Shown here in pieces: positions 10,991 to 23,157 of a DNA stretch of 64,000 bases (positions within the stretch are counted from its first letter, which is position 1; every line of letters begins with the position of its first letter). The translations under genes were made by a program, and so were the position numbers. Under the pieces are notes generated by a model, which saw nothing but the letters and a program-made list of their open reading frames with translations, was not told the DNA's origin and ran no database searches. The stretch is from an uncultured Acidimicrobiia bacterium (lineage in GTDB: Bacteria > Actinomycetota > Acidimicrobiia > IMCC26256 > PALSA-555). The stretch spans positions 134,252-198,251 of the forward strand of contig CAVSWW010000010.1 in the NCBI GenBank assembly GCA_963731815.1, given 5' to 3'.

Positions 10991-11110
10991 GCAGCGTCGC
11001 AGCGGCGCCGGGTGAATGCCTAGGTCCGGGCTGGTCCGCGATCGGACCCGACGGAGGCGGCAGACTAGATCGGACTCGAACCGTTCGAGACGATGTGTTC
11101 AAGGTCGGTA

Positions 11111-12229
11111 TTGAAGATCCTTCACGTCATCAATCAGCTCGGAGCGGCTGGGGGCGCAGAGGTTTCCCTCCACGATTCTCCGCGGCACCCAGGACTCCGA
11201 GTTCCGGCACGGACTCGTGTTGCTCGTCATGGGCGCAAGAGGACCAGCGGGATCTAGAGGGCGTGGGGATCCGTGTCTTCGAGCCCGAGTCGCACCTCCG
11301 TCGGTACTCGGGCTGGATCGCCACGTGGGGCGGGCGATCCGCGCCTTCCAGCCGGATCTGGTGCACACGACGCTGTTCGACGCGGACCTCTCGGCCACGC
11401 GGCTGCCTATCTCGCCCGGACGCCGTGCATCACGAGTCTCGTCAACACGTCGCATTCTTCGGATGCTTGGGCGGCTCAGGACGTAGCGGCTTGGAAGCTG
11501 CGGACGGTGCGGGCGGTCGACCGTGCGTTGGCCCGCCGAGCAACGCGCATGTTCCACGCAGTCTCGGACGTCGTCGCCCAGGACGCCAGGAAGACCCTCG
11601 GGATCAGGGTGCCGATCATCGTCGTCCCTCGAGGACGCGACCTTGCGGGGCTTGGTGGGCCGCGGACCAAGGCACGCCGCAAGCGGCTCCACGCTGCTCC
11701 GCGTGAAGTGAGCAGACCCGGGTCCTCCTCAGTGTGGGAAGGAGGACTCAGAAGAACCACATCACGTTGATCTGCGCCGTCGTCGAACCAGAGCTGATGA
11801 ACACCGATCTGCTGGTCGTGCTTGTCGGGAAGAAGCGGCTCTGCATCGCAAGACAGTCCGTGACACGATCCACGATCTCGGAGTTCACGATCGCGTCCGA
11901 TTGCTCGGCGAGCGCAGCGACGTCGGTGATCTCTTGTGTGCTGCAGATGTGTTCGTTTTCCCGTCGTTATACGAGGGCTCCCTGGTGCCCTGATCGAGGC
12001 CATGGCCATGAATGTGCCCGATCGTCGCATCCGACATCGCTGCGGTGCGGGAGGTCGTCGGGAACGATGCGGCGCTCGCAGGGCCGGGGATTGCGGCGGC
12101 TTCGCGCATGCGATTCGAGAGGTGCTTGCCGACCGTGAGGCTGCCGACCTCCGAGCCCAGGCGGCTGCCAAGCGCTTCGAAGATCGGTTCGCGATGGATC
12201 CGGTTCTCGAGCAGATGCGCACGCTCTAG
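11111..12229 (+). CDS. GT4-family glycosyltransferase; several apparent frameshifts
   Basis: Starts at TTG 11111 with LKILHVINQLGAAGGAE. Further pieces are RAIRAFQPDLVHTTLFDADL (ORF 11217), AVSDVVAQDARKTLGIRVPIIVVPRGRD (ORF 11273) and RGLPGALIEAMAMNVP with the C-terminus (ORF 11936..12229). It is divergent from 10012..10990. Confidence 0.65.
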
Positions 12230-12346
12230 CGGACGCACAATCGAGCAGCCTGCTCGGCAACGATCGGATCCCTGAGCCACGAGAAGTCCCTTTTCGCGCG
12301 TCGGCTAGCGTTCGGCCAGATACTCGGCTGGCGACGCTCACCAGTC

Positions 12347-13197
12347 TTGGAGGCGAGTTGGGGGATTCGGAGCGGGGATCGGTACCTCACGAGAGGTCAC
12401 CGCTCTGTCCGCGGGTGGTTCAATCCCGTCGACGGTTGGCTGATGATTATCGTCAGCGACTTGCAGGGTACGCACGGCATCAGGGGCGATCTACTCGAGG
12501 AATCGGTGCGTTCGAGGGGCGATCGCCGTCTTGCTCGGCTACCTGAAGGCGCATGGGGAGATCGTCCTGATCTGTGATCCGTTCGGCGAGGCGTCGGCAT
12601 CCGACGAGAACTATGGAGAGAACGTACGGTCTTACTCCGGTCTTGGGGAGAAGGCGTTCCGCGACAACTTCGCGCTTTCACTCGGAGCCGCCGAACGTCT
12701 TCGTGGGGTTGTAGGATGATCTTTGCTCCACGACTCGACGCTCGAAGCTTTTCGGCTCGTGCACGTGGACGGATCACACTGGTTCGACGTCGTCGCGAGA
12801 TGTGCTGCACGCAGCACGCCGGCTGCGGGCCCGGGCGGAGTAGCCGTATTCGACGACATACGGAAGCCCGACACGCCCGGAGTGGCTGCAGCCGTCTGGG
12901 CCGCCGGTCGCCACGAACGGCCTCGTACCCGTCGCGCTGACGACCAAGCTCTACGCGGTCTGGGACTGTCCGGAGTGGTTTCGACATCTGTCGGATGCGA
13001 TCGAGAGTCACGAGTGGCTGTGGTCCAGAAGTCGATGGGTGCAGGGTCGAGATGTCCTTATGGTCAGAACGAAGCGGCGCACCGACCCTTTTCATCGGTG
13101 GTTCCTTCGACAGGCCACGCCTCCAGGTCTCCTCTCGATGAGGCGGAAACTGCGAAGCGAGGCGAAGTGCAGCCGAGCGGCTGGACAACACGGCTAA
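12347..13197 (+). CDS. class I SAM-dependent methyltransferase (Methyltransf_24-like); apparent frameshifts
   Basis: GDLLE plus IGAFEGRS, read across two frames, gives a motif I. HVDGSHWFDVV and VAVFDDIRKPDTPGVAAAVW are in ORF 12723. The tail VATNGLVPVALTTKLYAVW is in a third frame. Confidence 0.55.
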
Positions 13198-13242
13198 GAC
13201 GGCGAAGGGCCGGTTGCGCTGGGGCACTAGGGGGGTTACCGG

Positions 13243-14117
13243 ATGATGCAGCAGCTCGTGCGCCGGATCGGTAACGACGGTTCGCGATGCCGTCCCGATG
13301 CGCCGTCGGCGACGGCTCGCGCTGCTGAGAGTTCGGGCCCGTCGCCCGACCGCGACGACTCCGCCAGCTGCCTCAGCGCGATGGTGATCGGCGTTCGGCG
13401 CGGATGGAAGCATTCGTCCTCTGTATCGCGTTCTTACAGGTCATCCGCGTGTCGCCCGATCCCTCCGAAAGGAGATCGGCTACTTCTCCGAAGAGTTCGG
13501 GCGGGGCGAGGCGTGGTACCGGTCGCATTTCACCGCGCAGCCCTGGAAGCTGGCCATCGACCGCGACGCCAGCAGTACCTCTTCCATCCGTATGCACCGC
13601 CGCGAGCCGCGGCGCTCCTCCCCACGGGCGAAATTGATCGTCTTGCTCAGAGATCCCGTTGAGCGGGCGTACTCGCATTGGCGCCACATGACGAACCTTC
13701 GCTTCGAGACGTTGCGGGCTCAGCGGACGCGGTCCGAAGCGAAGACGAGCGCGCACGCGTGGCGATCGAGAGCGTCTCCTCTCAGACCCGACCTACCGTC
13801 CCACTGCGCTCCTGCGATACTCGTATGTCGCGCGCGGTCGCTACGTCGAGCAGCTCGAGCGATGGATGCGCTGCTTCCCGCGAGCGCAGCTGCTCGTGCT
13901 CCCGAGCGAGGCCTTGTTCACGGGCCCGGATGCGGTGCTCGACAGGATCTACGGCTTTCTCGATCTACTCGGTCAGCGTCGCCGTTCGAGAACCACTCGC
14001 GGCCCAATCCGCTAGCAGGCGGCGACGTTCGCACGATCGACCATCGAAGAGCTCCGTGACGAGTTCGCAGGCGAACCGCGGCTCCCCACGCTCATGGATC
14101 TCGAACCAGAGTGGTAG
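13243..14117 (+). CDS. sulfotransferase family protein; apparent frameshifts
   Basis: MVIGVRRG (PSB-loop region) switches frame into PLYRVLTGHPRVARSLRKEIGYFSEEFGRGEAWYRSHF. KLIVLLRDPVERAYSHWRHM is the 3'-PB motif. The C-terminal part reads to TAG at 14115-14117. Confidence 0.65.
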
Positions 14118-14907
14118 CTACGCCCCGGATGATGAGTTGGTCTTGAAACCCGATCCGATCAGTCTCGGCGGCGTGAGAACCGAGCGGATTTCCACGTCGT
14201 CCCCGCAGGAACGTTTCGCGGATAGCCTGCGAGCTGAACCGGTAGTAGATCGCCCGGATAGTTGTGCACGCGGTACGTGAGCGTCGCATCGGCGAGCCAG
14301 CCCACATGGTCGTCAACGCACGGAGCCGCTTGAGCGGTCGACGTAGCTGCGTCGCACGTTCCGACGATCGGAACCCAGGAACGCCGACACCGCGAGTCCA
14401 CCCGGACTCAGGATGCGGTGTATCCCGTCGATGGTCCTTCAGAAGAACTTGTCGTGCTCCAACGTGGTCATTCAGAGCACAACGTCGAACTGCTCAGCGC
14501 CGAACATGCGCATCTCGTTCGCGTTGCCTTCGATCGGGCTCGAATTCGCGGATGCTGGCGCGGCACTTGCACGTTGATCCCCACGCGGGTCTCCGCAGAT
14601 GTGAATATCGGAAGGAGCAACAGCGAGGAGCCGTTGGGTGTGGCTCCGATCTCGAGCACCGAGCCACGGAAGTCGCCAGTGAGTCGCGATTGGATGATCG
14701 ATTCGAACTCCTCGTCGACGCGCTTATGCACGACTCGCCGAATTCGTCGCTTCAGTGCTGGGCCAGTGCTCTGGTTGGACAATTGCCGCGCCGATTGCGG
14801 CGAAATCCGCCCAACCGCGCCACCACAGGTGCAGCGAGCGGAGCTGTGTGGTTCGAATAGGAGGATCCGCACGAGCTTCCCGAAGATGTTTCGGAGTGCC
14901 TTCACCA
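14092..14907 (-). CDS. class I SAM-dependent methyltransferase (Methyltransf_11-like); apparent frameshifts
   Basis: ORF 14468..15280 contains MVKALRNIFGKL...GSVLEIGATPNG (motif I). My translation downstream gives FDVVLCNDHVLEHDKFF...IHRILSPGGLAV and HNYPGD.YYRFSSQAIRETF. Confidence 0.55.
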
Positions 14908-14963
14908 TGTTCTTCGGTCGCCGTCGGATGCGGAAGGCATAGTGCAGGTGATTGCGGACCTCG

Positions 14964-15552
14964 TCAGTCGAGGCGCCAACTTCGGGCCTGTCCGAGTTTC
15001 CGGACGTGCAGGTCGTGATGGACGACGACGGCGTCGTCGACCTTCCGGATTGTGAAGCCGCCCACGCGGATCCGGTAGAAGAACTCGGTGTCCTCGGTGC
15101 TGAAGAAGATCGATGGATCCGGACCGCCGACCTTGCGAACGATCTCCGCATCGATGAGTGGGCCTTTGAAGGCCGGAAAGTCCGCCGCGCCTCCCGGGAC
15201 TCGCCTGCACCGGCTGAACGACATCGGGACCACGGGAATGCTGGAGCAACAGCTCGAGGCAATCGAGAGCAGGCTCGCAATCGTCGTCGATGGGCCAGAC
15301 CTTGTTGGCACCGAGTTCCAGGGCCCGGTTGAACCCGAACGCGTATCCGCCGGCAGGCCCGAGGTTGTCACCCGTCTGGATCACCTCTGCACGTTCGATG
15401 TCGCGGAGCACGTCGCCGGCCTGGATGTCGTTGTCGATCACGAGGATCCGGTCCACTCGGCGACTCTGCTTACACAGCGCAGCGACGCATCGACGGAGCG
15501 GCTCCTGTCGGCGAAACGTGACGACGACCGCGAAGACGACGGGATCAGACAT
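14964..15552 (-). CDS. GT2-family glycosyltransferase; one apparent frameshift
   Basis: Begins MSDPVVFAVVVTFRRQEPLRRCVAALCKQS...ILVIDNDIQ...NLGPAGGYAFGFNRAL...IDDDCEP. The ORF 14964..15371 frame continues FSTEDTEFFYRIRVGGFTI. The ATG overlaps the upstream stop (ATGTCTGA). Confidence 0.7.
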
Positions 15553-16416
15553 GCTCGTGTGCGCGCCTCCACATGCTGGGCGGCAGCGAGAGCCCGAGGC
15601 GCCTTCGGGTCGGGCGGATGGAGCGTATGTAGTGCTTGCCCACGCGCAAGCGTGGCCACCGACGCGCCGACCGAAGGAAGCTGCGACGCGCGAGCCCGTG
15701 ATCGCCCGCGGCGGCCGCGCCGATTCCGAGCCGGAAGTATCGGAACGCTGCGGCGCGTGGATGACGCTGGAACCAATCCCGGTGGAGGTCCAGCATGCGG
15801 AGCGTTGACTCGATGCGCGCGTCCTGGCTGTTGCGTACCCGGAGGCCCCGGTGACGGCGGATTATATGATGAACCTCAGGGACCGTCTCCACAGGCCATT
15901 TGCCCGCCATCCGGATCCACCACTCGACGTCTGCGGATGCGGGGAAGCGCTCGTCGAAGGGGAGAAACGCATCTCGACGCACGGCGGTTGCGCCGAGGTT
16001 CGGTGTCGTGGCGTCGAGGATCACGTCGCCGACGTCGCCTGTCAACATGCGGCCTGGCTTCGGGGGAGCGTCGTGATAGCGGCTCCAGCAGATGACGACG
16101 GGTGAACGCTCCAGAGCGGCGAGCACGGTCTCGAGGTGACCACGTCGTACCAATCGTCATCATCGAGGAACGTCAAGTACCGTCCCTGGGCGCGGGCGAC
16201 ACCGCTGTTGATCGCTGCCCCTTGGCCGCCGCCGACGGATCGCTCCCAGAGGCTTATTCGGCCGTCGGCCGGCAGCTCACCCACATCGCCACCCGCATCG
16301 TCCACGACGATGATCTCGACGTCACTGACGGTCTGCGCGAGCACTGACTCGACCGCTTCGCGGAGCAGAGCAGCGGCTCGGCGGAAGGTGGGGATGATCA
16401 CACTGAAGAGCGGCAC
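15545..16416 (-). CDS. GT2-family glycosyltransferase; one apparent frameshift near 16120
   Basis: Begins MPLFSVIIPTFRRAAALLREAVESVLAQT..EIIVVDDAGGD...GQGAAINSGVARAQGRYLTFLDDDDW. ORF 15545..16153 supplies the C-terminal half. Confidence 0.75.
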
Positions 16417-16428
16417 GCTCGCGCTTCG

Positions 16429-17276
16429 TCAGTGATAGCCGAAAGCCGTGGCTCGCGAATCCGCCACGGCCCGATCGAGCTCTCGAACGATGCGTTCGGG
16501 AAGCTCGTCACGATGGCTTCCGATCTCGCCCCGTCGTGTCTTGAACGACGCAGCTTCATCGGATGAGCCGGGTCTCAGTCTCGCTGACTGGAAGACTCCG
16601 TCCTGCTCGTACTGACGCATGTTGTCGAACCGTGCGAACTCAACGGCTTCGGAGACAACTTCATCGGATACGCCCGACACGCCGATGAAGTCGAGCGCTT
16701 CGCGAAGGGACCTCTCGGGTTCGGAGTGAAGATCTTCGTAGCGGAGCACGAGCGTCGAGTCCGTTGACCGAACAAGGTTCCACCAAACGTCGTAAAACTT
16801 GAGCACGTTGGCGACGTGGTCCGGATCGCTCACGAACTCTTGCAGTGTTCCGGAATACGTTGATCGACGATAGCGGAACTGGTAGTACAAGCTCACGATC
16901 ACGTCCGCGGGTCTCTCACCAAGAGGATCAGCGGACGATTGCGGAACTGCTTTGGGTCACGCCAGTTGTCGTCGACTCCGTCGTGGATCATGTAGATCCG
17001 GGGGATGCGGGAGTCGTGCTCGGCAAGTCTGTGCAGTTCGATGACGCTCTCGTCGAGCTCGGTGCCGAAGTGCTGCTGGAGCGCCCGCCCGATCATGATG
17101 CGGAGCCACGTTCGGCCGCTCTTCGGGAACGACATGATGGTGACGTCGCCGCGCATCGACTTGTTGCTGGCTCGGACATGGCCGGGGACGAATCGACTGA
17201 TCGTCCGGTGGACCGGTGCGGGGAGAACCTGCCGGGTGAAGCGAGACGCCTTCCGAAGCATGACTGCGGAGTTCAT
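16429..17276 (-). CDS. sulfotransferase (ST1); one apparent frameshift near 16900; 5' boundary uncertain (17276-17330)
   Basis: IMSFPKSGRTWLRIMIGRAL is the PSB loop and LILLVRDPR(D)VIVSLYYQF is the 3'-PB motif split by the frameshift. The C-terminal 157 aa form intact ORF 16429..16902. Confidence 0.75.
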
Positions 17277-17289
17277 GGCGAGGACTCCG

Positions 17290-18090
17290 CAGCTGGAGAC
17301 CTGGTGAAGAACGCGGATTGCCCGCTCCATCGTTAGGCGGTCGGGCTCGAAGAACGCAGCGGCTCTGCTCGCGGACTTCGGGGCTACCGGCGATATCTCG
17401 TCGACCTGATTAACGTTCGCGACGGCGTTGCGGACACGCCGAGGAACCAGCCGATGCTTCATCAAGCTTCGCACGACCTGCGACCTGATCTCGAAGTAGG
17501 CATTCACCTTCGTGCGGTTGGCGGCGGACGCAACCGGTTCGACGACCGATGAACCCACATGCAGCAGCGAAGAACGCGTCGGGGGTGGTGCGGAGTTCGT
17601 CGAACGACAACACAGGCGCCGGGGCCGACCGATCGCCGTGAACAGCCTCTCAAGGTGGATGAGGACCGCGACGGCCAGAACACCGACGAGGCTTCGGTGG
17701 AATCGAGGTCTGCGCGACGACCTGCTCCCAGGGGCGGGCCTCGCGACCTCGTGCATGGCGAAGCCAGTAGTGCGAGTACGCGCGGTCCACCGGGTCACGC
17801 AAGATCGCGATGGCTTGCACCCCGGGGACGTCCGCAGCTAGGCGCTCCATCGCCACTGACGACGACAGGTAGCTCGGTGTCACTTCACCCGCACGCTGGC
17901 CGGCCTCTGCTGCGGCGAACCGAGACTTGTACCAGTCCAGGCCCCGGATGTAGTTCTGGTCGAAGAAGTGCATCTCCTTGGGCTGGACCATGAAGACATC
18001 CGTGTGGTCGGCGAGGTAGCGGAAGAGACTCGTGGAGCCGGAGCGCATCACGCCCACGATCACGAAGTCGGGAAGTCGTGCCGGGCCCAC
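17290..18090 (-). CDS. sulfotransferase (ST2), tandem paralog of ST3; apparent frameshifts; 3' boundary approximate
   Basis: ORF 17650..18090 contains LPDFVIVGVMRSGSTSLFRYL (PSB) and AILRDPVDRAYSHYWL (3'-PB). The C-terminal parts, LSFDELRTTPDAFF and NRTKVNAYFEIRSQ...AAFFEPDRL, lie in two other frames. Confidence 0.7.
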
Positions 18091-18228
18091 GGCGGGATGG
18101 TAGAAGGGATCCGCGGGGAGTTCGAGATGCTGGCGGATCGAGTCCGCGTTGTGCTCGACACCACGGACCCCCGCGAGACCGGCGTCGTATGCGCGGAAAC
18201 CTCGACGACGGGTAGGTATCCTGCGACC

Positions 18229-19127
18229 TCACGGCGCGGTCTCGGAGGCCCGGGTGGTAAGCGAATCGCGGGTTGCCCGTTCCATCGCTTGGCGGTCGGG
18301 CTCGAAGAATGCGGTGAGCTGATCACGACTTCGGGCCCCATCGGCGGGTAGCCCGCCTCGACCTGATTGACCTTCGCGACTGCGTTGCGGACGAACCGAG
18401 GCACGAACCGATGCTTCACAAACGTCGCGACGCGGCGCGACCTGAATTCGGAGTAAGCGTTTAACCGCCGGCCGTTCGCAGCGGTGGCGACCGGGTCGAC
18501 ACCGACGAACTCGCATGTGCGCTGGCAAAGAGCGTGTTGAAGCTGGTGTGAAGATCGTCGAACGACAAAACGAGGCACCGGGGTCGGCCGATTGCTGCGA
18601 ACAGCCGCTCCAGATGGATGGAGTACCGCTAGGACCAGAAGATAGACAGCGGTTCCGTGGACTCGAGATCCTCCGCGAGCACTTTGTCCCACGGGCGGCT
18701 CTCGCGACCTTGTGCATGGCGAAGCCAGTAGTGCGAGACCGCGCGGTCCACCGGGTCACGCAAGATCGCGATGGCTTGCACCCCGGGGACGTCCACGGCT
18801 AGGCGCTCCATCGCCACTGGCGACACAGGTAGCTCGGTGTCACTTCACCCGCACGCTGGCCGGGCGCCGCTGCGGCGAATCGCGATTTGTACCAGTCCAG
18901 CCCCCGGCCGTAGTGAAAGTCGAAGAAGTGCATCTCCCTGGCGGGTTGCCTTCCCTTGGGCGGGTCATGAAGACGCTTGGGTGATCGGCGAGGTAGTGGG
19001 ACAGGGTCGTGGAACCGGAGCGCATCGCGCCCACGATCACGAAGTCCGGAAGTCGGGTCTCGCCCACGGCGCGATGGTAGGGAAGCCTGAAGTGGGTGAC
19101 AAGGCGACTAGTACTCCTCGAGGTCAA
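18229..19127 (-). CDS. sulfotransferase (ST3), tandem paralog of ST2; apparent frameshifts
   Basis: ORF 18840..19127 contains LPDFVIVGAMRSGSTTLSHYL and ORF 18629 contains AILRDPVDRAVSHYWL. ORF 18229..18759 ends ...TAFFEPDRQAMERA. The start is TTG 19127 or GTG 19065. Confidence 0.7.
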
Positions 19128-19135
19128 CTACGGGG

Positions 19136-20083
<948 letters not shown>

Positions 20084-20537
20084 CTATGTGAAGGTGGCGC
20101 ACACCTACTGCGCAGCCGAGGACATCTGCCGTTGCGCCAGTTAGCCTGAAGGCTGCGCGTCTTCGTTCCTTGCACCGGCCGCTGTGGATCGAGACCTTCC
20201 CCTAGTTTGGCGCGCGATACGCGCCGAAGGCGACCTTCACTCCGCAGTCAGGGAGCTCGGGCTGCGGCACAACGCATCGCGCCCGAACGTCTTCCGCGTG
20301 AACACGAGGGTCTGCAATGCGAACGGACCGATGGACCCTTGTGCGCATGGCCTGCGACACAACCGACCTATCAATGCGCCTTACGAATCCGTACGCCAAC
20401 AACCGTGTTCAAAGCGCGCACGTCCGATGACGCCTGACATGTCCTACTCACGAGATGCCGCCGGACCCGGAGGTGTGCGAGCAGGCTCGGGCCCTTCCGT
20501 GCGCGATGTGCACGGATGGAATCAGAGCGCAGACGCC

Positions 20538-20936
20538 AAAGCAATCGCGTACTACGTTCCAAGGTTCTACCCGAATCGTTCCCGACGTTCGTGGCTCGTT
20601 GGGGACAACACCCCGCGGGCTGGGCGGAGTGGCGTCGTGTACGAGGGTCCGACTCCGGGGCGCTTTGCCGATCCGGTTCGCCGAGCTGTCGCGAAGGTTG
20701 CCGACCGCCCTAGTGAGCACCGTCTACTCTTCGTCCAATCGTGGAACGAGTGGGCCGAGGGCAACTACCTCGAACCCGACCACCGGAACGGTCGAGGTTA
20801 CGTCGAGGCCCTTCGTGGCGCGCTCAGTCAATCCTTACATCCAGTCCTTCCGTCTCCACGTGACGATGCCCAGGTGAATTCGCAGACGAATCCCCGGACA
20901 GAATCCAGTCAGCAAGCCCTGCAGGAAGCACCTTGA
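20538..20936 (+). pseudogene. remnant of a WbsX-like (GH99-like/Glyco_tran_WbsX) gene with a large internal deletion
   Basis: Only the family's N-terminal KAIAYYVPRFYP and WAEWRRV (the latter in a shifted frame) and the C-terminal LLFVQSWNEWAEGNYLEPD...GYVEAL blocks are present. About 250 aa of the expected middle are missing. A 460-bp gene-poor stretch of lower GC lies upstream. Confidence 0.5.
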
Positions 20937-22365
20937 ACCCCTCGGCATCGACACCCGACCGGCCGGGCAAAACTCGGCTGCAGCGACGACAAGCGGCGAC
21001 GCATGTCTTCCCGTGGAACGGCATCGCGATCGTCGTGTTCGCCGGAGTGCTCGCGATGTTCGGCTGGTTCTGGCTCGTTCGCAGCGAACCCGTCGGTGTC
21101 GCGCTTCTGCTCGTTCCGCTGTTGTGCTTCCTCAGCTTGCCGATCCTGGTGCGCACCGGGCGTTCGATGGCGGGATACGAGCTGACCGGGCTATTGGTCG
21201 TGGGCCTGCTCGCGCGGTTCCTCGGCGCATACGCCCGGTTCCAGAACTCCGTGGACGCATCCGTGTACCACGACGAGGGTGTTCGGCTCGCGGCCGGGTA
21301 CCGGAACCTCGACTTCTCGGCTGACCTCGGCCGAGACGTTCCCGGTACCGGCGCGATGCGAATGATCTCGGGGATCGTCCATGTCTTCGTCAACGACAAC
21401 GAGTTCGCCGCGTTCCTCGTGTTCGCGTGGCTGGGCTTCTGGGGTTGCTTCCTGTGCTACCGCGCTCGTGACTGCACTTCCCAACGGCGATCACCGTCGC
21501 TACGCGCTACTGATGATGTTGTGGCCGTCGCTCGCTTTCTGGCCATCGAGCATCGGGAAGGAGGGCTGGCTCCTCTTCACCATCGGTGTCGCAGCGCTCG
21601 GTGCGGCACGCGCCTTCAACCGGCGGCCCGGCGGCTATCTGCTGCTTGCGCTCGGCTTGGCCGGCACGACACTCGTCCGCCCGCACGTCGCGATGCTCCT
21701 GGTGCTCGCATTCGGCGTCGCGTTCTTAATTGGACGTCGCAGGACGCCAGCCCCGGCAGCCTTACGCCGGGATCCGTCGCCAAGGTTGCCGGGCTGATCC
21801 TGCTGCTCGTCGCCGGGAGCTACCTCGCCAATCGCACCCAGGACTTTCTCGAGCTCGACGACTTCAGCACCGAGTCGCTCGAGCTGGGACAAGAGGAGGT
21901 CCGCACCGAGACCGAGCAAGGCGGATCAGAGTTCGACGCGCCCGGACCCGTTCTCCCCGACCGGCTACCCCGTGGCCTTCGTCACCGTGCTCGCGCGCCC
22001 ATTTCCCTTCGAAGCGAGTGGCTCGGAGCAGCTGCTCACCGCGGCCGAGGGCTTGCTCATCCTTGCGCTCGCGCTCTCGTCGTGGCGTCGCTTCAAAGGG
22101 CTGCCGCGGCTCTTGCGGTCTCGGCCCTACGTGACGTTCGCGCATCGCGTTCCTGCTCGTTTTCGTCGCCGCATTCGGCGTCATCAGCAACTTCGGGCTC
22201 CTTGCCCGCCAGCGAACACAGGTACTGCCGTTCGTCTTCGTGCTCCTGGCGCTTCCTGTGGTCGGCACCCACGGTGAGCCCGAGGAGAAACGGGCGCCGC
22301 GGCGCGCGGTCGGCTGCGGCGCTCCGCCGCTCAGTAGTCGAGGGCGCCGTACCGACGACGGTTGA
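20933..22365 (+). CDS. polytopic membrane protein, possible O-antigen polymerase/ligase (Wzy-like); apparent frameshifts
   Basis: Many hydrophobic helices are spread over three frames (ORFs 20933, 21381, 21972), for example IAIVVFAGVLAMFGWFWLV, FLVFAWLGFWGCFLCY, GYLLLALGLAGTTLV, VAKVAGLILLLVAGSYL and LLILALALSSW. The assignment rests on context in the glycan locus, and I saw no diagnostic motif. Confidence 0.45.
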
Positions 22366-23119
22366 TGACCCGCCGCAATGAGTCCTCCAACGCAAGGCCG
22401 CCATGTGCCTTGCTCTTGAACCAACGCATCCCGTCGCTCCGCTGGATCGGCGACCGAGCGAGGCGGTACGCGTCTGTCCGGCCGGGCCGGTTTGCTCGAG
22501 TGCCGGCGAGTGCCGCCGACGCGAACCTGGCCTTCACCGCTTCCTCTGCAAACTCGGATCCGAGCACGGCCTTCGGGTACGCGAAGTGCCGCGGCGCCGT
22601 GCCCAGGTTGCTCTCGATCGCGCCGATCGAGCGATCGAGCTCGGACTCGGCATCACGCGCCGAGACTCGGTCGAGCAGGGCATGCGTGTGGGTGTGGGAT
22701 CCGACCGAGACGGCGCCGCTCGCGCACGCGTCACGAAGCGCTGCCCAGGACAACGGTGCTCCGTCGTCGGGAAACGCGGTGCCGGTCTCGATGAAGTTCG
22801 TTGCGGCATACAGCGTCGCCGGGATGGAATGACGCACCATGATCGGCACGGCAAGGTCGGCGAAGTCGGCCGTTCCGTCATCGAACGTCACGGCGACCAT
22901 GCGCCGCGCCGATTCGGTCTCGGTCCGAAGCATGCGGAGACCCTCGTCCAGGGACACGACGTGGCAGTGCTCGGCCAGGTAGCTCATCTGACGGTCGAAG
23001 AGGTCGCTCGGGATGTCCACCTCGACCGGCGTGCGACCTCCGACTCGGTGGTAGATCAGCACGACGAGCCCAGGAGCGGGACGCCGCACGACGTCGAACG
23101 CGGACGCCGCAACCTTCAC
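22331..23119 (-). CDS. polysaccharide deacetylase (CE4 family)
   Basis: Intact from GTG 23119. It contains LVVLIYHRVGG, VAVTFDDGTADF, ATLYAATNF and GSHTHTHALL, which are CE4 NodB-type motifs. Confidence 0.8.
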   Translation of the reverse strand: MKVAASAFDVVRRPAPGLVVLIYHRVGGRTPVEVDIPSDLFDRQMSYLAEHCHVVSLDEGLRMLRTETESARRMVAVTFDDGTADFADLAVPIMVRHSIPATLYAATNFIETGTAFPDDGAPLSWAALRDACASGAVSVGSHTHTHALLDRVSARDAESELDRSIGAIESNLGTAPRHFAYPKAVLGSEFAEEAVKARFASAALAGTRANRPGRTDAYRLARSPIQRSDGMRWFKSKAHGGLALEDSLRRVINRRRYGALDY

Positions 23120-23157
23120 CGCGCTCCTCGCCGGACCCACGGGGCGCAGCGTAGGAC

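Larger units (their letters stand above)
17290..19127 (-). repeat. tandem direct duplication, two units of about 960 bp (ST2 and ST3 genes)
   Basis: Alignable DNA at an offset of about 956-959 bp. For example, ccatcgttaggcggtcgggctcgaagaa (about 17327) matches ccatcgcttggcggtcgggctcgaagaa (about 18283). The block ctcgcgacc(t/c)tgtgcatggcgaagccagtagtgcgag...caagatcgcgatggcttgcaccccggggacgtcc occurs at about 17738 and about 18697. The N-terminal-coding half is nearly identical and the C-terminal half more diverged. Confidence 0.8.
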
